This document shows positions 38,855-52,500 of a stretch of DNA of 64,000 bases, piece after piece. The position numbers were made by a program, and so were the translations under genes. The notes beneath the pieces were generated by a model. It searched no databases. It worked only from the letters and a program-made list of their open reading frames with translations, and was not told the DNA's origin. The stretch is from Octopus sinensis (lineage: Eukaryota): the NCBI RefSeq assembly GCF_006345805.1, contig NC_043010.1, positions 47,120,001 to 47,184,000 of the forward strand, given 5' to 3'. Positions within the stretch are counted from its first letter, which is position 1. Every line of letters begins with the position of its first letter.

Positions 38855-39350
38855 TAGCCCTTCGTTCAACTATAATTATGTTTTAACCTTTTAATCAATC
38901 AAAACATAATTTTTCAGGCAGTTGAAAATATATGCAGTCATTTAGTCAAACTAGATCCTGAATACTACTTAAATAGCCCTTTGTTCAACTATAATTATGT
39001 CTCCAAGATAACAGAAATTATTTATTATTTGCAACAAATATCACATAAGAAATAACATGTCATAGTAATTTTAACCTTTTAATCAATCAAAACATAATTT
39101 TTCAGGCAGTTGAAAATATATGCAGTCATTTAGTCAAACTAGATCCTGAATACTGCTTAAATATCCCTTCGTTCAACTATAATTATGTCTCCAAGATAAC
39201 AGAAATTATTTATTATTTGCAACAAATATCACATAAGAAATAACATGTCATAGTAATTTTAACCTTTTAATCAATCAAAACATAATTTTTCAGGCAGTTG
39301 AAAATATATGCAGTCATTTAGTCAAACTAAATCCTAAATACTACTTAAAT
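38855..39350. repeat. 188-bp tandem repeat (~2.6 units, first unit internally deleted) in the TEX36-like 3' UTR region
   Basis: The anchor AACCTTTTAATCAATC recurs at 38885, 39073 and 39261. Confidence 0.92.
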
Positions 39351-39392
39351 AAGGAGAGAAAAATGTATATATATATCTGGATGTAAAAATGA

Positions 39393-39749
39393 TTAAGTTG
39401 GATAAACATTTGTTGATCCTCTATATGAAAACTTCCATAAGTTTCCTTTGGTACAAATTGGGAGACTATTTCGTAGTAATTGTGAGGAATCTTTGTGTTC
39501 ATCTGTGGAAGCATACCAAGTTGTTGTATCTGTTCCCAATTTTGTTGCTCCAGGTTGCAAATTAGGATATTTTTTAGGAAAACGCCTATAGGACACCGAC
39601 TGACGTAAATGCCCTAATCTTTGGAATGATGCCGAATATGTAGAGATTGGTATCACATCTGTGTCATCCATTCTAAGTGGTAGATTGCTTTTAATTTGAT
39701 TGAAAAAATTTTCTCCATTAACCTGCCTTCGTCCAGCACAACGTCTTCC
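39393..39749 (-). CDS. TEX36: TEX36-like terminal exon (GRRCAGRRQ...YRRFPKKY...NVYPT*)
   Basis: Acceptor ATTTTTTGTAG; in frame with track ORF 39393..39671; TAA stop at 39395-39393. Confidence 0.82.
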   Translation of the reverse strand, partial: GRRCAGRRQVNGENFFNQIKSNLPLRMDDTDVIPISTYSASFQRLGHLRQSVSYRRFPKKYPNLQPGATKLGTDTTTWYASTDEHKDSSQLLRNSLPICTKGNLWKFSYRGSTNVYPT

Positions 39750-40030
39750 CTACAAAAAATAAGAGAAAAATAATTTTAAGCAAAAAAACATGCAGAATCA
39801 TTAACATGCCAGGCAAAATGCTTAGCAGCATTTCAACTGTCTTCACATTCTGAGTTTAAATTCTGCTAAGGCTGATTTTTGCCTTTTATCTTTTTGGGGG
39901 TCGATAAAAAAGTACCACCTGAATACTGGGGTTCAATCTAATTGACTTACTCCCACCTCCAAAATTGCTGCTTTGTGCCAAAATTTGAAATCAGTATTCA
40001 TGTTATTTATTAAAATTATTATTATTATTA

Positions 40031-40094
<64 letters not shown>

Positions 40095-43000
40095 TACTAT
40101 TATTATTATTATTATTAATATTATTTTGCAATGATGGATATCACATTAGGGATCATAAATATGTTTTTAAACAAAATAATAACACATATAACTATTTCCT
40201 TTTTATATCTTATCTTATAAAAAGGGAAGCAAAATCTGTCAAATGAGAATAGGTTTACATCTGCTTGCAAAAGTTTTAGCTTTATTTTTTACTTATTTCA
40301 GTCATTAGACTGTGGCTATGCTGGGGCAAAATCGATCCCAGTACTTATGCTGAACCGCTAAGTTACGGGGACGTAAACACACCAGCATCAATGTCAAGTG
40401 ATGTTGGGACACACACACAGAGAAACATATATACACACATACATATATATATGATGGGCTTCTTTCAGTTTCCGTCTACCAAATCCACTCACAAGGCTTT
40501 GGTCGGCCTGAGGCTATAGTAGAAGACACTTGCCCAAGGTGCCACGCAGTGGGACTGAACCTGGAATCATGTGGTTGGTTAGCAATCTACTTACCACACA
40601 GCCACTCCTGCACCTATGTACATATTTATACAAAAATTCTATAATTATAAGCATAATTATAATTAGGGTTCAGCAAATTGCTTCACCATATACAGAAATT
40701 TAGAAATAGCAGTTAAATACTTTATCCACGTAAAATAAGAGTATTGCTGTCTGGGAGATATCTTATAGTAGAGGAATAGTATTTAACTGCTATTTCTAAA
40801 TTTCGGTATGTGGTGAAGCAATTTGCTGAACCCTAATTATAATTATGCTTATAATATAGAATTTTTATATAAGGTTACCAATAAAGGTTATTTTAACATA
40901 TTGAACTACTTTAGTAAAATTATTAATTATTTAATTAATTTTATCCTTTATTATTATTATATATATATTTATATATATATAAACTTCCTAGACCTTCGAC
41001 CCAACCCCCAACCTGACACCTCTTCACTTCTTCGTTTGGCTGAACTTGCTTCTCTCAACTGCTTCTTGTTCTTGGGTGAGTTTTATCAACAAGTCTCACA
41101 GGAATGAGAATGTGTCTCAACTATGTAAGCCTGTTCGTTGGCTACATTGAGGCTCAAACATTCTCATGATTCACTGGTCCCATTCCCTAAAACTCTACAG
41201 TCATTTTATTGATGACTGTATCGTTGTGACCTCACTCTACTACGAACAACTAAACTCCCTCTCCTCTTTTATCCAGTCCTTCCATCCTGCCCTCGAATTC
41301 TCCTGCACTATTTCCAACACATTTCTTGACATTTTGGTCAAAATACACCACTCTGCTCTCACTAGCTGCATCCACTACAAACACACCAACTCACACTCAT
41401 GCCTTAACTTCTCCTCCTCCCACCCTACCCACACCAAGCTCTCCATTCCCTACTCCCAATTCCTCTATCTGTACTGGCTCTGCAGTGACAACCATGACTT
41501 TGAGACTCAGTCTCAACTCATGGCTCACCACTTCATCCTTCATGGATATCCCCTCACCACTATCCATACAGCCCTTACCAGAGCATGTTCTGTGGACTGT
41601 GCCTCTGCCCTCTCTCCCCACACACACCCCACTGTTGCCCATCACTCATTTCTCCTGACCTACCACCCCTTCACTCTGCCCCTCCAATGCACCATTCTCT
41701 GAGCCTTCCAATGACTCCAGTTCGACCCGTTCCATTTCACATATCTTCCCCAACCTGCCCCTTCCCTCCCTCAAACAAGCTCACAGCCTGCATGACTTCC
41801 TGATCCACAGTTTCTTCCCTAACCCCACCTCTCAACCTGGCTCGTTCCCCTGCTCTTGCCTATGCTGCCGCACTTGCTCCTATCTCTCCAACACCACAAA
41901 CCTTACAGGCACCTATCATCATCCCTATCATATCACTGACTCATTACCTGCACTTCTGGCAATGTCATTTATTGCATCACCTGCTCTTTTTACCCTTCTC
42001 TGTACATTGGCCAAATGGGACACTGCTTGGCTGACTGGTTCACAGAGCACCCTTGATACATAAGACTCAGCAACGACACCCTGGTCTCTCGCCATTTCTG
42101 CTCTCTGGTCATTGACTACAAAACATCTCTGTGTTTGGATTGTCTTTGCACAGGGGCCATCCGGACTCCCACCTTTGCCGTGAACAGGAATAGGAATTAA
42201 TCTTCTGTCTTTGCTTCTTTGCACCAAATGGGCTCAACTATCCTCCTCTCTTCATCTGACTCTCCTCCTCTTCTCTCTTCATCTGACACCTACTTCCTCT
42301 CTTCACCCCTTCCCACCTTCTCTCTTCATTGATATCCTCCTCCACCCACACCATAGCTGGTGGCTATCTACATTGTCTTGTAGCTTCAAAATTTTAATCA
42401 TGTGATTGTTTATTCTTAGAATGGCCTTGTAGGGTAGGTGCAACATGCCAGATCTAGCCAGTTTGAACATACAACCGATAAAATATTTGGGCTGGATATG
42501 ACTGGTTTAAATGCTAAAGGGTTAAACATCATCTGTTGTAATATAAGAATTGCTACAAATTTAATAACATACAAATTGGTTTCAAATTTTGACACAAGGC
42601 TAGCAATTTTAGGGTATATCATCGACCTCAGTGCTTGACTGGTATTAATTTTATTGACCCTGAAAGGCTGAAAAGTAGAGTCAACCTTGGAGGTTAGAAG
42701 AAATGCTGCTAAGCATTTTGTTTGGTGTGCTAAAGATTCTGACTTCTTGCTTCCATAAAAACGAGTGTGTGTTATGTATGATATGATGTATCGTGTGACA
42801 GGCAGTGAAGAGTTAAAACATTTTTAGTGAGGATGAAGGGGTTCAGGGTACCAGCAAGTTTATCTGCTTTCCTCAATGAACAAGTAAGTAAACATTTGCC
42901 ATTTCTGTCTTTCTTAGAATCAAATATTCACGTAAACTATATAGTGACAGTATTGGGGGCATTACTAGTTTCTGTCGCTTCGTTCATTTAGGGTGGTGAA

Positions 43001-43523
43001 AACATTTTCAATTTAAATATCATACCTGGAGAAACTTTCAGTTTTTACAAAGTGAAGGAATTTTGTTTTTTAATTTTTGTTTCCTGTATTAATATGAAAA
43101 ATTAATTCATTTGAGGCCATTATGAAAACGAGATTTTTGCCCTATTTTCCTACACTGAATTTTACTCCTTGCTAACCAAAGATACATAAAGAAATCAAAG
43201 ACCTTTTATAATGTAACATCACATATTCAATAAAGTTTGCAGATCAGATGAAATGAGGCCGAGGGCCAGATTCGAGCCTGAAGGCTGTAATTTGCTGATC
43301 CCTGTTAGATAGCAATCAGGTAATAGTATCATCATCATCATCATCGTCGTTTAGCGTCCGTTTTCCATGCTAGCATGGGTTGGACGGTTCTACTGGGGCC
43401 TGTGAAGCCAGAAGGCTTCATCAGGCCCAGTCAAATCTGGCAGTGTTTCTACGGCTGGATGCCCTTCCTAACGCCAACCACTCCGTGAGTGTAGTGAGTG
43501 CTTTTTACGTGCCACCCGCACAG

Positions 43524-43560
<37 letters not shown>

Positions 43561-46500
43561 AACTTATAGAGTAAAATATATCACAGGAGCATGTCAACTG
43601 ACGATTAGGAAGTAATTTGGTTATTGATTAAGAGGTGCTGTATCAACAAAGTAAACAACTAAACTCTTTTTTGAAATGTTTTCATAGTAACATAGAATAC
43701 TTACAAAATCAAAGAATGCCGAATCTGTATCAAAAATATTTCTGTTGTCATGTTCAGAAAACTTATGGGCATTTTTATAATTAACCTGGAAAAAGACAGG
43801 ACTAAACATGCTTAGTTTTGTCAAACAAGTCTATTAGATAAATACAAAAATAACAAAATAAATATCAATAACAAATTTTGACACAAGGCCAGCAATTTCA
43901 GGGGATGGGGTTAACTCAATTTCATCAATCCCAGTACTCAACTGGTACCTATTTTATTGACCCCCCCCTCCATGAAAGGCAAAGTAGACCTCAGCGGAAT
44001 TTGAACTCAGAATGTGAAGACAGATGAAATGTTGCTAAGCATTTCACCCAGTGTGCTAACAATTCTGCCAGCTTGATGCCTAATAACAAAATAGATATTA
44101 AAATTATATCAAATAATAACAACAGCAACACCTATAATACTATGACTACAGGTAAAACAACAACTTTCCAGACATTGATGATTTGGAGCTTCTTATAATC
44201 AGCAGTGATTTACAAGCTAGAACTTAAAATTCCTGCAGCCACCAGATTAATTTACTAGTACCTTGCACAGTGTAGTAATAAACTAGTATCATTTACACTA
44301 ATATACAGGTACTTACCTGTATTACATGTAATTATTTATGTAAATTTGATAAAAGGAGGTGAGGCACAATGTGTAATATTTACTGTATCTTTGACTTGAG
44401 AAAAAGTATCATCATTTAACGTCCGCTTTCCATGCTAGCATGGGTTGGACGATTTGACTGAGGACTGGCAAACCAGATGGCTGCACCAGGCTCCAATCTG
44501 ATCTGGCAGAGTTTCTACCGCTGGATGCCCTTCCTAACGCCAACCACTCCGAGAGTGTAGTGAGTGCTTTTACATGCCACCAGCACGAGGGCCAGTCAGG
44601 CAGTACTGGCAATGGCCACGCTCAAATGGTGTTTTTTATATGCCACCTGCACAGGAGCCAGTCCAGTGGCACTGACAACGATCACACTTGAATGTTTTTT
44701 TCATGTGCCAGTAAGGCGGTGCTGGTAACGATCATGCTTGAATGGTGCTTTTTATGTGCCACCAGCACGGAAGCCAGTTAGCTGCTCTGGCATATTTTTT
44801 ACAAATGATCACTACTTTACAAAAACTATATCAGCTAAGCAAATGACCTTCTCTAAATGCATTATAAACACTATAACATATTCAGAGTACTATTTCAGAA
44901 AATTATCTCTGTTCTCTTTGAGCATACAGAAGACAAATTTCAGTGGGTCAAAATGAGTAAGATAGAATAAGGTAAGTTTGCCTCTTCAATTCCCTAGAAG
45001 TAGATTTGAGAAAAAAAAAAAGATTTATACACATATAATATGGTACCAGCAAGTTATCCAGTTTCCTCAAAGAACAAGTAAACATTTGCCATTTTTTCCT
45101 TTCTCACAATCAAATATTCACATAACCAACACAGTGACAATAATTAGAATACTATTAGTTTTGATATCCATCTTCAGACATGAGAAAGATCAGAAATGTG
45201 ATAACGATTTATATCTTGGTCAAATGAAAGTGGATCATGGAAAAATGGCATGTGATATGAAATTAATGAAACTTGACCAAATCCAAAACTTCAACATAAA
45301 ATATTCTCTATAGCTTTTTTATAATTTGCTGGAGTGGCCCTTTTCCTGATACTTTTACACACCATGCAGTTTTTAAAAAAAAATTGTCGAAATTAGTCAT
45401 TACTCATTTTGCTTCACTTAGACATAATTTTTTGGAAATTAAAAATTATCTAATTAGACATTGGTGTGGTAAAAAAATTGACCTGGAATCCAACAGAGAA
45501 AAGAATATTGATTCCTAGGACAGCAGCAGCAACAATGGTGGAGGGGCTGGGGTTGGGTGGAAGGTCGTAGAGTTATTAAGAACAATGACACACACACATG
45601 TATTTGCATGCACACACAGACATGTGCGTATAACGATACACATCATAGAAGAACAGAATGAAATACGTGGAGCAAGAGCACACACAAAGACGGAAAGTGT
45701 CACTGAAGTGGTCACAGATGTGTGATGAAAGATTTCCAGACAATGAACATGAGTTAAAATAAAAACAGTAATATACGAGTGAAGAACAAATACATAGTGT
45801 GTGTGTCTATTTGGTGAGAAAAAAAATGTCCATCTTGAAATACAATAAAAACCAAAAATTATCCAGATATTTTATTAGCAACCTCAATTAAAATCGGGTC
45901 AAACTTGTGAAAAAATTTCCTCTGTCAGTTATAAACTCTCTTAACTTCCAACAGCAACAATTAAGCTGACCAATTTTTACTTCCAATGATGATGCAACAG
46001 TACAAAATACTGATGCAACACTTGCAATGTAATGGTTTCAAACAATAAGGAGAAAATCGGGAGAAATCTGAAATATTTATTTTGCCTCACTTACTCATTG
46101 TATCCCACCCATTTGTTTAATTTTGAGTGTAACCATCCCAGCTTAGAACCCCCCCCCCCAATAATCTGAATGGCTTTGGAATCAAAATTTCAGGAAAATC
46201 AATGTTTTACCTGTAACAATACTTGTTTCTGATTTAGGTACATATAACTTCAGGAATAATATCAAAAATAAAAATAATAATAATAGCAATAATGAAATTA
46301 TATTAACAGTATAACAGGATGGTGAATTAGGAGAAATAGTTGATGCTAGTCTTTTGTGACTCTTTTCTATGGCTTGAGTTCAAATCTCACTGACATAAAC
46401 TTTATTTTTCTTCCATTCAGGGTGAATAAAATATGTGCTAATAATGCACCAGAGTTGATTCAGTTAAATACACCCATCCCATACAAAATAGAAATGGTTT

Positions 46501-49500
46501 TCTTGTGTACATTTTTATTATTAAGGAGTACATTTAAATGAATAAAATGAATAAAAAAAAAGGAAAAGAAATCAATAATCAATATCAACAACATTAATAA
46601 TAGCATTTCATATAAAAAAAATTCACTTATTTTTGTTGAATGAAAAAAAAGAAAAAGAAAAATGGAAGGAAGGGTAAGACAGAAATCAATAATAACCACA
46701 CTAATAATAGCGTCAGCATCAATAGATTGGGAGAGGTGAACCAACAACTCTTGTTAATTCTATGTTGATTTACCAAATCTTTATGCAAATAACCTCCTGC
46801 TATCAAAAACGTTTGGACATCATAATCCAACTCCTACTCTATTAGACAACATAGCCAACATACATGATATAAACTGCATGATGATAATATTTAACCAAGC
46901 CTAATACACTATATTTAAATGCAGGATGATATCAATGGACTTCCGCTAATGTCCTTGAATTCTGTGTTTTATCTGAATAAGTGATGAACTGGTCAGTTAT
47001 TTACACTTAGTGGGGAAAAAAACAACAAAACATCTGCTTGGTAAACTAGTCTTTCATTATAAGCTGCATCTAATTGTTGGCCCACTATTAAGCAGTATTT
47101 CTTCCTCTGCACTTCCTTTAAACACTTTTTATGTCACTTTGTATGTATGTACACACACATACACACACATCTAATCACATCACATCACACATGTTTTCTC
47201 TTCCTTTCACATCTACATCAGTAGTTCCCAGCAAGTATTTCTGAACCCCAGGGGGTTCACAAAAGTAGCATGAATTTTGCTCAAGATTTTAAAAGGCTGT
47301 AGTGTAAAGTGTAAGATTAGTCACATATAATTCTTCAATGGCATATATCTTTCAATTGTGAGATGAAACTGGATAAACAAGTTTGTTGTAAGTCTATAGG
47401 ATTGGATTATTCAGTAGACAAATCTTTCAAAAAGCCTGGTATCCATTGAAAAATTCGTTTCTATATAAAAGGAGTCCTTGGCAGTGAAAAGATTGAAAGT
47501 CATTGATCCACAGACCTACATTATACCAGATATATGCTCAAGTTGAGTCTATAAATTATATCAACTTTCAAGGGGCCAGCAATTTCAAGGGAGAGGGTAA
47601 GTCGATTGTATTGACCTGAATACTCAACTGGTACTTATTATATTGACCCTGAAAAAATGAAAGGTAAAGTTGACCTCGGTGGAATTTGAACTCTGAACGT
47701 AAAGACAGGCAAAATGCCGCTAAGCATTTTGCCCAGTGAGCAAACAATTCTGCCAACTCACTGCCTTTTCTTTTCTTTGCAAATATCAAATGGTAAACAC
47801 AAATACGTAATATAGCACCACATGGTACTAATCTGATACCACATGAAATTAACCTAGTAACACATGGTACTAATCTAATACTGAATGGTACTAACCTAGT
47901 ACTACATTGTACTAATCTGATATTATACAGTACTACATGGTACTATATGGTGCTACATGGTACTAAATGGTACTACATGGAAGTTCATGGCACCAACCTG
48001 GTACTGTATAATCTAGTACTGCTTGCAACTAATTTGATGCCATATGATATCCATCTGGTACTACATGATCCCAATCTGCTTTACCACTTATTACAAAAAG
48101 AAAAAAAATAGGAAACAAAAACTAGTCCTTACCATTGTTTTCTGGTGAAATGGTAAGGGCTGATCATTTGCTCTCTCTTTTGATATTTTCAGAAATGGTT
48201 CTTCTAGCATCAGTTTTGTGGTAGTAGTGTTTCTTAAGCAGTTGTGGAAGGTAACACCTTTTCCTTGGAGGTCATACTACAAAGATAAATATATTAGTCT
48301 AATAAATTGTACAGCTAATATACTTTATACCATGCTTTAATATACCTATCATACAATTATGGTGGTCCACCATTCAATATACCTATAATTATACCAAATG
48401 GAGCTTAACAACAATACAATTGCATGTATCAAGAAAAAAACATCTATATGGTTGCTCTACATGTTAGAAATGGCAGCCAATTTTTTTCCCAATTTTACAC
48501 ACTACCATTATGAAAAATCAAGGATGCATTTGATAATATAGTCCCAAATGAATAATCTGGGGTAAATATGACTGGAATGCATTTAATCAAATGTCTGTTT
48601 GATTAGAGCCAAACTGGGGACTAAAAAAGATCAGCACAACACATTTTTAGTTGGGACTGAGACAGAAAGTTATATTTTAGTGAAGTTTTATGAAAGTATA
48701 TATTTGTATTTGAAGACTGAACCAATCATTTTTCTTATTTTGATTGGTTTATTTTTCTTTCTTAAGGACTTTATAGAAAAGCAGTGTCACACAGATTAAA
48801 GAACAGAGAACAAAACTTTCATAAGACCTGGGTGGAGATAGCTAGCCAGAAGTTATGTCTTTTCCTAGGAAATTCACCAGTCTTTACGTGCCAGATCTGT
48901 GACCAAGTCTGCATATTAAGAATTAGACTTTACAGTTACATCCAAAAGTTCTCTTCAACATTTACCTTTACAGGCTGTCTCTTTGTTTCTCTCCTAAAGT
49001 GATGAACCCAATACTCATCCTGGGTTAAGAAACGTTCAAGGAAACCAGCTGGATCTGTCTCAAATAATGTTAGATTTTCCTGTGATGTCACCCACTTGGT
49101 GCACTTTTGATGAAGTGTTAAGAGACATGGCACCCACCAAGCAGAAACCTTTGCCATGCCAAGTTCATTATGCATAGCATGCTAAACTCTCTCATGGAAT
49201 GTGCTAATAGCTTTGACTACTTGATTTACAGTCAATTGCCTGTCATCCATCACCATGTGGTGAACATGATCGATGTTTTCCTTGATGGTGGTGGTTGTCG
49301 GACATCCAGACCTTGGATAATCTTCAAGAATTTCTCTTCCCCTCCAAAATTCAGCTGCCTTCTTTTACACTGTTGATAAAGTTGGCACGTCATCCCCTAA
49401 TGTAGCAACTCTATCAGCATGAATGTCCTTAGGGAATAAATTCTTTTTCTGCTGGTCACATTTTTTCCCTTTTCAAGAGAATTCGTTATGAGTTATTTTT

Positions 49501-52500
49501 GAAGTCTTCTTTGAACAGTCAGATGTCAGTTTACCTGAACAGAAACAATGCAGTTATTACTAAGAAGAGTTGATATTAATGCATGCAAGATTTTACAGCC
49601 CTAGCATCACTCCTTTATAGTCAGTCTATGAACTTTTCGGCCCTCCCTCATGCGTGCGTGTGTGTGTGTGTGTTCTTTGCCCTCCCTTTGGTCATATCTA
49701 CTGTCGCTTTTTCATCAAACAGGTATCGTCTTTATATCGTTCTATATATTATTTTATTATTATGCCATTTACTTGTACAAAAATAGTCATTGATTAACAT
49801 TACAGAATGAAATTACCCTCAAAATGAATGGACCCTACCAAGTTTTAGCAATGCACATTCCACAGCTGCATCCAAAAAAGGCCATCCAACTGACTGGTAA
49901 TGAAGTCATTCACCAACACATTCCAACCTTTGGCCCAGTTGTGCTGTCCTCTCATCTTTTCTATTACTATTACACTGGCCTCTTCTCTTTTTCATTACTA
50001 TTACACTGGCCTCTTCTCTTTTCCATTACTATAACACTGGCCTCTTCTCTTTTCCATTACTATAACACTGGCCTCTTCTCTTTTCCATTACTATAACACT
50101 GGCCTCTTCTCTTTTCCATTACTATAACACTGGCCTCTTCTCTTTTCCATTACTATTACACTGGCCTCTTCTCTTTTCCATTACTATTACACTGGCCTCT
50201 TCTCTTTAAAACTGCTGAGTTGCAAACCATTGTCACTAAGGCTTTTCAACTCATTTATCTCTTCTTTTTCATTACCCGTGTTGTGTTCTCACTTCAAGTA
50301 CTGCTAACAACTTTGTCTAGTCTCTCCTCTCCTGAATGTCAATCCTTGAGAATTACCACCCAGCTGTTTAAGAGAGACATTAAATGCAATGATTTCACCA
50401 GTCACAGAGGGTCTGTGACCGGCTATGAATGTAGCTTCTTTCTCTAGAGCAAACCATAAAAAAATAGCAAAAAAAAAAAAAATCTCATAGAACAAAACCA
50501 AATAAAACTTGAAAGGCGGAGGATAATAAAAAGTTGTAAAAAATATTCACGGATCATTTATTTCTGAGCTCAATGGTATACATTGTCTAGAATTAGATAT
50601 TATGTGTTGATAACAAGTACTGACATGCCTAAGCGGTTTTGGCCATTTCTGAGAACAGCTCTAAATACCAATCTGTTCAGTAAGCCCTAAAGGCCTAATT
50701 TATACAGAAAGCAAATGTGGTATTCTATACTACAATTCAGGATAGTAAATGTGACTGATAATAAATCTTGTTCCTAATAAGAATATAAACTGTATTTTCT
50801 CATACTTGACTATAATTACAACAATCAAGTTTATACTTGCTGATATTCTTATTTTCTAGATAAGAAAATAAGAATATTTATGTTTGTTTATATTGTTATT
50901 GACAAGGACAATTGGATATAAATGATATGTTGTTTTAGAGACACTGAAAGCCTATATCCACATTGAAAAATGAGCTAAAGGTAATGAAAAGAGTAATGAT
51001 AGAAATACTTGTGTTGTTGTTGTTGCTGTTGTTGTTACTGCTGCATCAATGATGATGATAACAGTGATGATGATAATGACAATGAGGATGATGATGATGA
51101 CGATGATGATGACAACGATGATGATGATGATGTTAATGATAATGAAGTACCTTTAGCAGGGTAGGTTTATATGATTAACTAATTTAAAATTCAAAAGGAG
51201 AGAACAATTTTCTTCTGATGAAAATACCATATGCTGTTTTCACCTGAAAAAGTAGACATTATATATAATCAAAACAAATAAACTAAATAAAAGATTAACC
51301 AGTGAAGAATGAGCTTCTAAATGATTGCTCAACATGCTATAAAAAAAAAATGGTGGTGAAATTTCCCCCCCCCCCCACATCTTAAAAACTAGAAGGAGAC
51401 ATCATCATTTAACTGTCATGTTCCATGCTGGGATGAGTTGGATGATTTGACAGGGTTTGATTAGTACGTATGAGTGAATTTTTGATGGCACCAGCACTAG
51501 TGGAGTCAACATGTTACATGCAAGACAAGATCCACTCACAGAGTTGGAGTGCAGTATTGAGGGAGGTGGCTCTGTGCCTGGTGTTGAGAGGTTAAAGTAA
51601 AAAGGAGAGAAATATGTGGAATAATGTATATCTTGAACCAAGATGAGAGCCTGTAAGACTGCTGAGAAGTTATCCTAAAACTGGAGGCCTGGCCTAAATG
51701 CTTACAATAGAGTGTATTCTTCTAAAGATACCCAATGGCCAGATGTTGGTGTTAAATTGGGCAATGGATTAAGCCAACCACTCAAGAACACAACTAGTCC
51801 TGACAATGGGCTTCTACATAGTTTCTGTCGACCAGATGTCATTCACAAGTCTTTGAAAGAAAATTGGCCAAGGTGCTGTTCAGTAGGATTGAACTTCAAA
51901 CTATGCAATTGAGAAACAAAATTCTTAACTACACTGCTTTACCTGCACTGTTCAACTAAGGCTGATCTGGGATTAAAGAACAACGAATATAGAGAACTAG
52001 TTAAAACTGGATGAGGTGTTGAGCTGCAGACTTAAGAATCATTAGTTCTAATCTATTGCACATATTACATCGCATCTCTGAACTGATAATCCTAAGAACC
52101 TAAATTCTCAGTTCAATCAACAAAATACCTTACTGCACTGTGTTTAAATACTGATGGAGCTAAGTCATATCTAATGTAAACTATGGTTGTAGTAAGGATA
52201 GCACTGAAGAAAAATAAATACTGGATCTACATAAAATGAAACCTTGTTATCTCTCAACAATTTTTCTCTTGAATTCAGAAGTTTACTTTGTAGCTCCCAA
52301 TAGTAAAAAGCTATTTTGCAAACCAGTTCAATTTACACCAGTTATATGTTTCTTTGCACTGGCTCCGGGAATGAAATTTACTTAAGGAGTTTACTTAATT
52401 TACTTATGTAGTGAGTTGTGTAGATTGGGTATAAGAATAGTATTACCCAAATAAATATTTGGATATGGTTATCTAGAATAACTTTTTACAGAATTAATAT

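Noticed and set aside
44320-44390. Strong minus-strand donor CAG|GTAAGT at about 44316
   Set aside because: All three upstream frames contain stops and it is not needed for the TEX36-like model.
42845-45190. Two diverged copies of a short repeat (42845-42990 and 45040-45190) with GAAACUAGUA or CUGAAGA on the minus strand
   Set aside because: Each copy has only half of the hammerhead core and helix I does not pair; kept only as an unclassified repeat.
46627-46830. 67-aa ORF with a hydrophobic C-terminus
   Set aside because: The hydrophobicity derives from poly-A/T low complexity, and there are no phase-compatible splice sites.
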